The position numbers and the translations under genes were made by a program. 64,000 nucleotides of DNA, from positions 960,001-1,024,000 of the forward strand of contig CAVTBU010000005.1 of the NCBI GenBank assembly GCA_963733035.1, written 5' to 3'. Of the stretch, positions 61,965 to 64,000 are shown in pieces. The DNA is from Pirellulales bacterium. GTDB lineage: Bacteria > Planctomycetota > Planctomycetia > Pirellulales > PALSA-1355. The notes beneath the pieces were generated by a model. The model did no database searches and had not been told where the DNA came from. It saw only the letters and a program-made list of their open reading frames with translations. The stretch's first letter is position 1; the number at the start of each line of letters is the position of its first letter.

Positions 61965-63449
61965 CTATTCTATTGTCCGCCGATGCCGAACGCGGCCGCA
62001 GACCATAAACAGGGCAATCGTGGCCAGACAGGCGAGCAGGTATCCTTCCGGCTCGGGTACCAGGATCTGCGTAATGTGGGTGGCCCAGGCATCGGATGAC
62101 AGGGGGTACTCCTGGAACGTCCAAAACACGTTCGGATCGTAGGGATCGACTAGTGTTGTGGTGTAGTCGCCCCAGCGGCTGTTCAGATAGTGATAGTCGT
62201 CGACGGTACCGGCCAGCAGAAGGAAGGGATCGGAAAAGGTGGTTACGTCACCCACCGTTGTTCCCAAGGCCGACAAGATGCTGATCTGACCATCTGGCCC
62301 AAATCCTGATCGGTTAAAACCAACCATCACGTCGCCGTCCGGGTTTGCCGCGATCGACGCTTGGTAGAAGTCGTAGTTCGGGTCGCTGATCGTCCCGGAC
62401 TGAATGACCTGATTCGTGGCCTCGTCAATCTTGTACCAACGGATGCCGGAATTGACGCCAACAAGCACGTCTTGCACGGCATAAATAGTGCCGCCAACTT
62501 GGACGACTTCGCTCTTGAGGCGGTGATCGATCAAGCCGATCGTCCGCGTTCCGTCGGGCTGTGCCGCGTTGGGAGGGAACGAATAATCGGGGACAGGAAT
62601 CTCCGTGGCAGAGGGTGTCATTGTGGCGCCGGCCCCGGCCGTGTTCATGAGGTCCGTGCGGTAAAGATAGCTGTCGGTGTAAGTGAGCCCCGTCGCCAGT
62701 ATAGGGGCATGGTTGCCGACTGATCCAAAGTTGATGATTGGCTGAAGTGTCCAGCCGACGAATGGCTGAAAACCAGAAATCAAGCCATCGAAACGCGTCA
62801 TATTGGCCAGCGAAGGCGTCGATGCCAGGAGGTCAGACTTTGGCACGGAGAAAAGGGATACGCTGTCGAGACCGCCCGCCAGACTGGCAAAGTTATCGGT
62901 GGAAACATAAACCCCGTTGGCATCCAAACCGAGAGCCGTGTAGTCGACAAACCTTCCAGTTCCCCCGACGTTTCCGGCGAAACTGACCGCCTTCCACGGC
63001 CCGGTCGGATCGCCGGTTTCGCTACGAGCCAACATCACGCGGTTGTCAACGCTGTCTGCTGTAAGAGCTGCCGCGATCCAACGATCCTCGGTCGGGTCAT
63101 AGATGATCCGCTGGTTAAAGGCGCCGAGATTGTTGATTCCGGTGCCGGGGTCAACGCCGGCGTTAACCCAGAATTGTCGCCCGGAAATCGCCTCAATTTG
63201 CGCGCCGGTTGACTTGTCGTAGACCGCAAACGCACCATTGATGAGTTGCACGATCTGTGATTGCCCGACCGCCCCGGCATCGTCCGGCGGGGCATAGCCG
63301 TTGTTGCCCGTGAGCAGCGCGCCCTGGTCGCGTGTGATCCCGGTGAAGTTCAAGCCAATCGTTTGGCTGAACGCCATCGAGTCGACAAACGTCAGCAGTA
63401 CGATTGAAAGAATAGCGCCCTTCAGAGGCGCGAGCGAACGCTGCGACAT
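61965..63449 (-). CDS. PEP-CTERM sorting-domain protein
   Basis: Signal peptide, PPD..gAVG and RWGDY.....DP motifs, C-terminal VPEP plus TM plus RVRHRR. Confidence 0.9.
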   Translation of the reverse strand: MSQRSLAPLKGAILSIVLLTFVDSMAFSQTIGLNFTGITRDQGALLTGNNGYAPPDDAGAVGQSQIVQLINGAFAVYDKSTGAQIEAISGRQFWVNAGVDPGTGINNLGAFNQRIIYDPTEDRWIAAALTADSVDNRVMLARSETGDPTGPWKAVSFAGNVGGTGRFVDYTALGLDANGVYVSTDNFASLAGGLDSVSLFSVPKSDLLASTPSLANMTRFDGLISGFQPFVGWTLQPIINFGSVGNHAPILATGLTYTDSYLYRTDLMNTAGAGATMTPSATEIPVPDYSFPPNAAQPDGTRTIGLIDHRLKSEVVQVGGTIYAVQDVLVGVNSGIRWYKIDEATNQVIQSGTISDPNYDFYQASIAANPDGDVMVGFNRSGFGPDGQISILSALGTTVGDVTTFSDPFLLLAGTVDDYHYLNSRWGDYTTTLVDPYDPNVFWTFQEYPLSSDAWATHITQILVPEPEGYLLACLATIALFMVCGRVRHRRTIE

Positions 63450-63637
63450 GATGACCTGCTACCGACCGAAAACGTAGAGTTGCCACGACGAGGAAAACGG
63501 CCTCAAATCACGAGCAACTCCAGCAGGTGTTTCAAACGAGAAGAATGGTGGCGGTTAATCTCCGCACGGTTACATCCTATTTGGCGTTCAAGTCAATTTC
63601 AACGGTTTTGTGATTATCTGCGAAATTCCCGTTCCGA

Positions 63638-64000
63638 CTAGCGGGCGATTTCCAAGTGCTCCGTGCTGACAGTTAGTCCGCGGTCATCGCGTGACGTGAA
63701 AAAGCAGATCAGCGGCCTGGTGGTCGGCAAATTGGCTGAAAGTTCGTGCTTTGCTTGATCAATTTCGGCGGGCAGGGTCGTCCAACTACGCTCCTGCCAG
63801 CGGCCAGCGTCGGTCGTGCAGTGTAGCTTTGCGCTCGCCAATGGCACGGCGGACGAGAATCTAGCGACTGCCCGATTCGCGTCAACCGTAACGGGCGACA
63901 GGGTGGCCAGTGACTTCCCGTCTTTGAGCACACTGTCGACGAACGCGGCGATTTCTGGCGGTGCCCAGCCGGCTTGATGTCCGTGGGGCATCTTTACCGT
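63638..64000 (-). CDS. C-terminal part of a probable alpha/beta-hydrolase (acetyl xylan esterase-like); runs off the window end
   Basis: M.HGH..GWAP.EI..F.D (candidate catalytic His region) followed by a beta-rich tail. Confidence 0.55.
   Translation of the reverse strand, partial: TVKMPHGHQAGWAPPEIAAFVDSVLKDGKSLATLSPVTVDANRAVARFSSAVPLASAKLHCTTDAGRWQERSWTTLPAEIDQAKHELSANLPTTRPLICFFTSRDDRGLTVSTEHLEIAR

Overview
Chromosomal window of a Planctomycetota bacterium, most likely Pirellulales; GC is roughly 60% by eye. The assignment rests on DUF1559, DUF1598, a planctomycete extracellular-signal protein and the fae/mtdC C1 genes. I found no rRNA, tRNA, CRISPR array or mobile element. Contents in order: partial tsaC/Sua5; a MoxR-DUF58-VWA operon; signalling genes; an exosortase/EpsI/Wzc/Wza locus carrying a recent kinase-less tandem copy of Wzc; a large beta-helix surface protein; an H4MPT C1 mini-cluster; xerC; an HTTM gene pair; a membrane-interrupted P-loop ATPase operon; several enzymes with altered catalytic motifs (PGK-like, ClpP-like, LarA-like); and a PEP-CTERM protein. 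The best candidate for an undescribed system is a pair of related small secreted Cys-rich repeat proteins (43064-43456 and 54775-55257). The second resembles keratin-associated proteins, with 44 Cys in 135 mature residues. The first lies directly upstream of an HTTM plus partner gene pair whose layout recalls sdpAB. About eight small frameshifts, mostly in homopolymer or dinucleotide runs, suggest long-read assembly errors rather than pseudogenes. All family assignments come from motif recognition by eye, not from searches.
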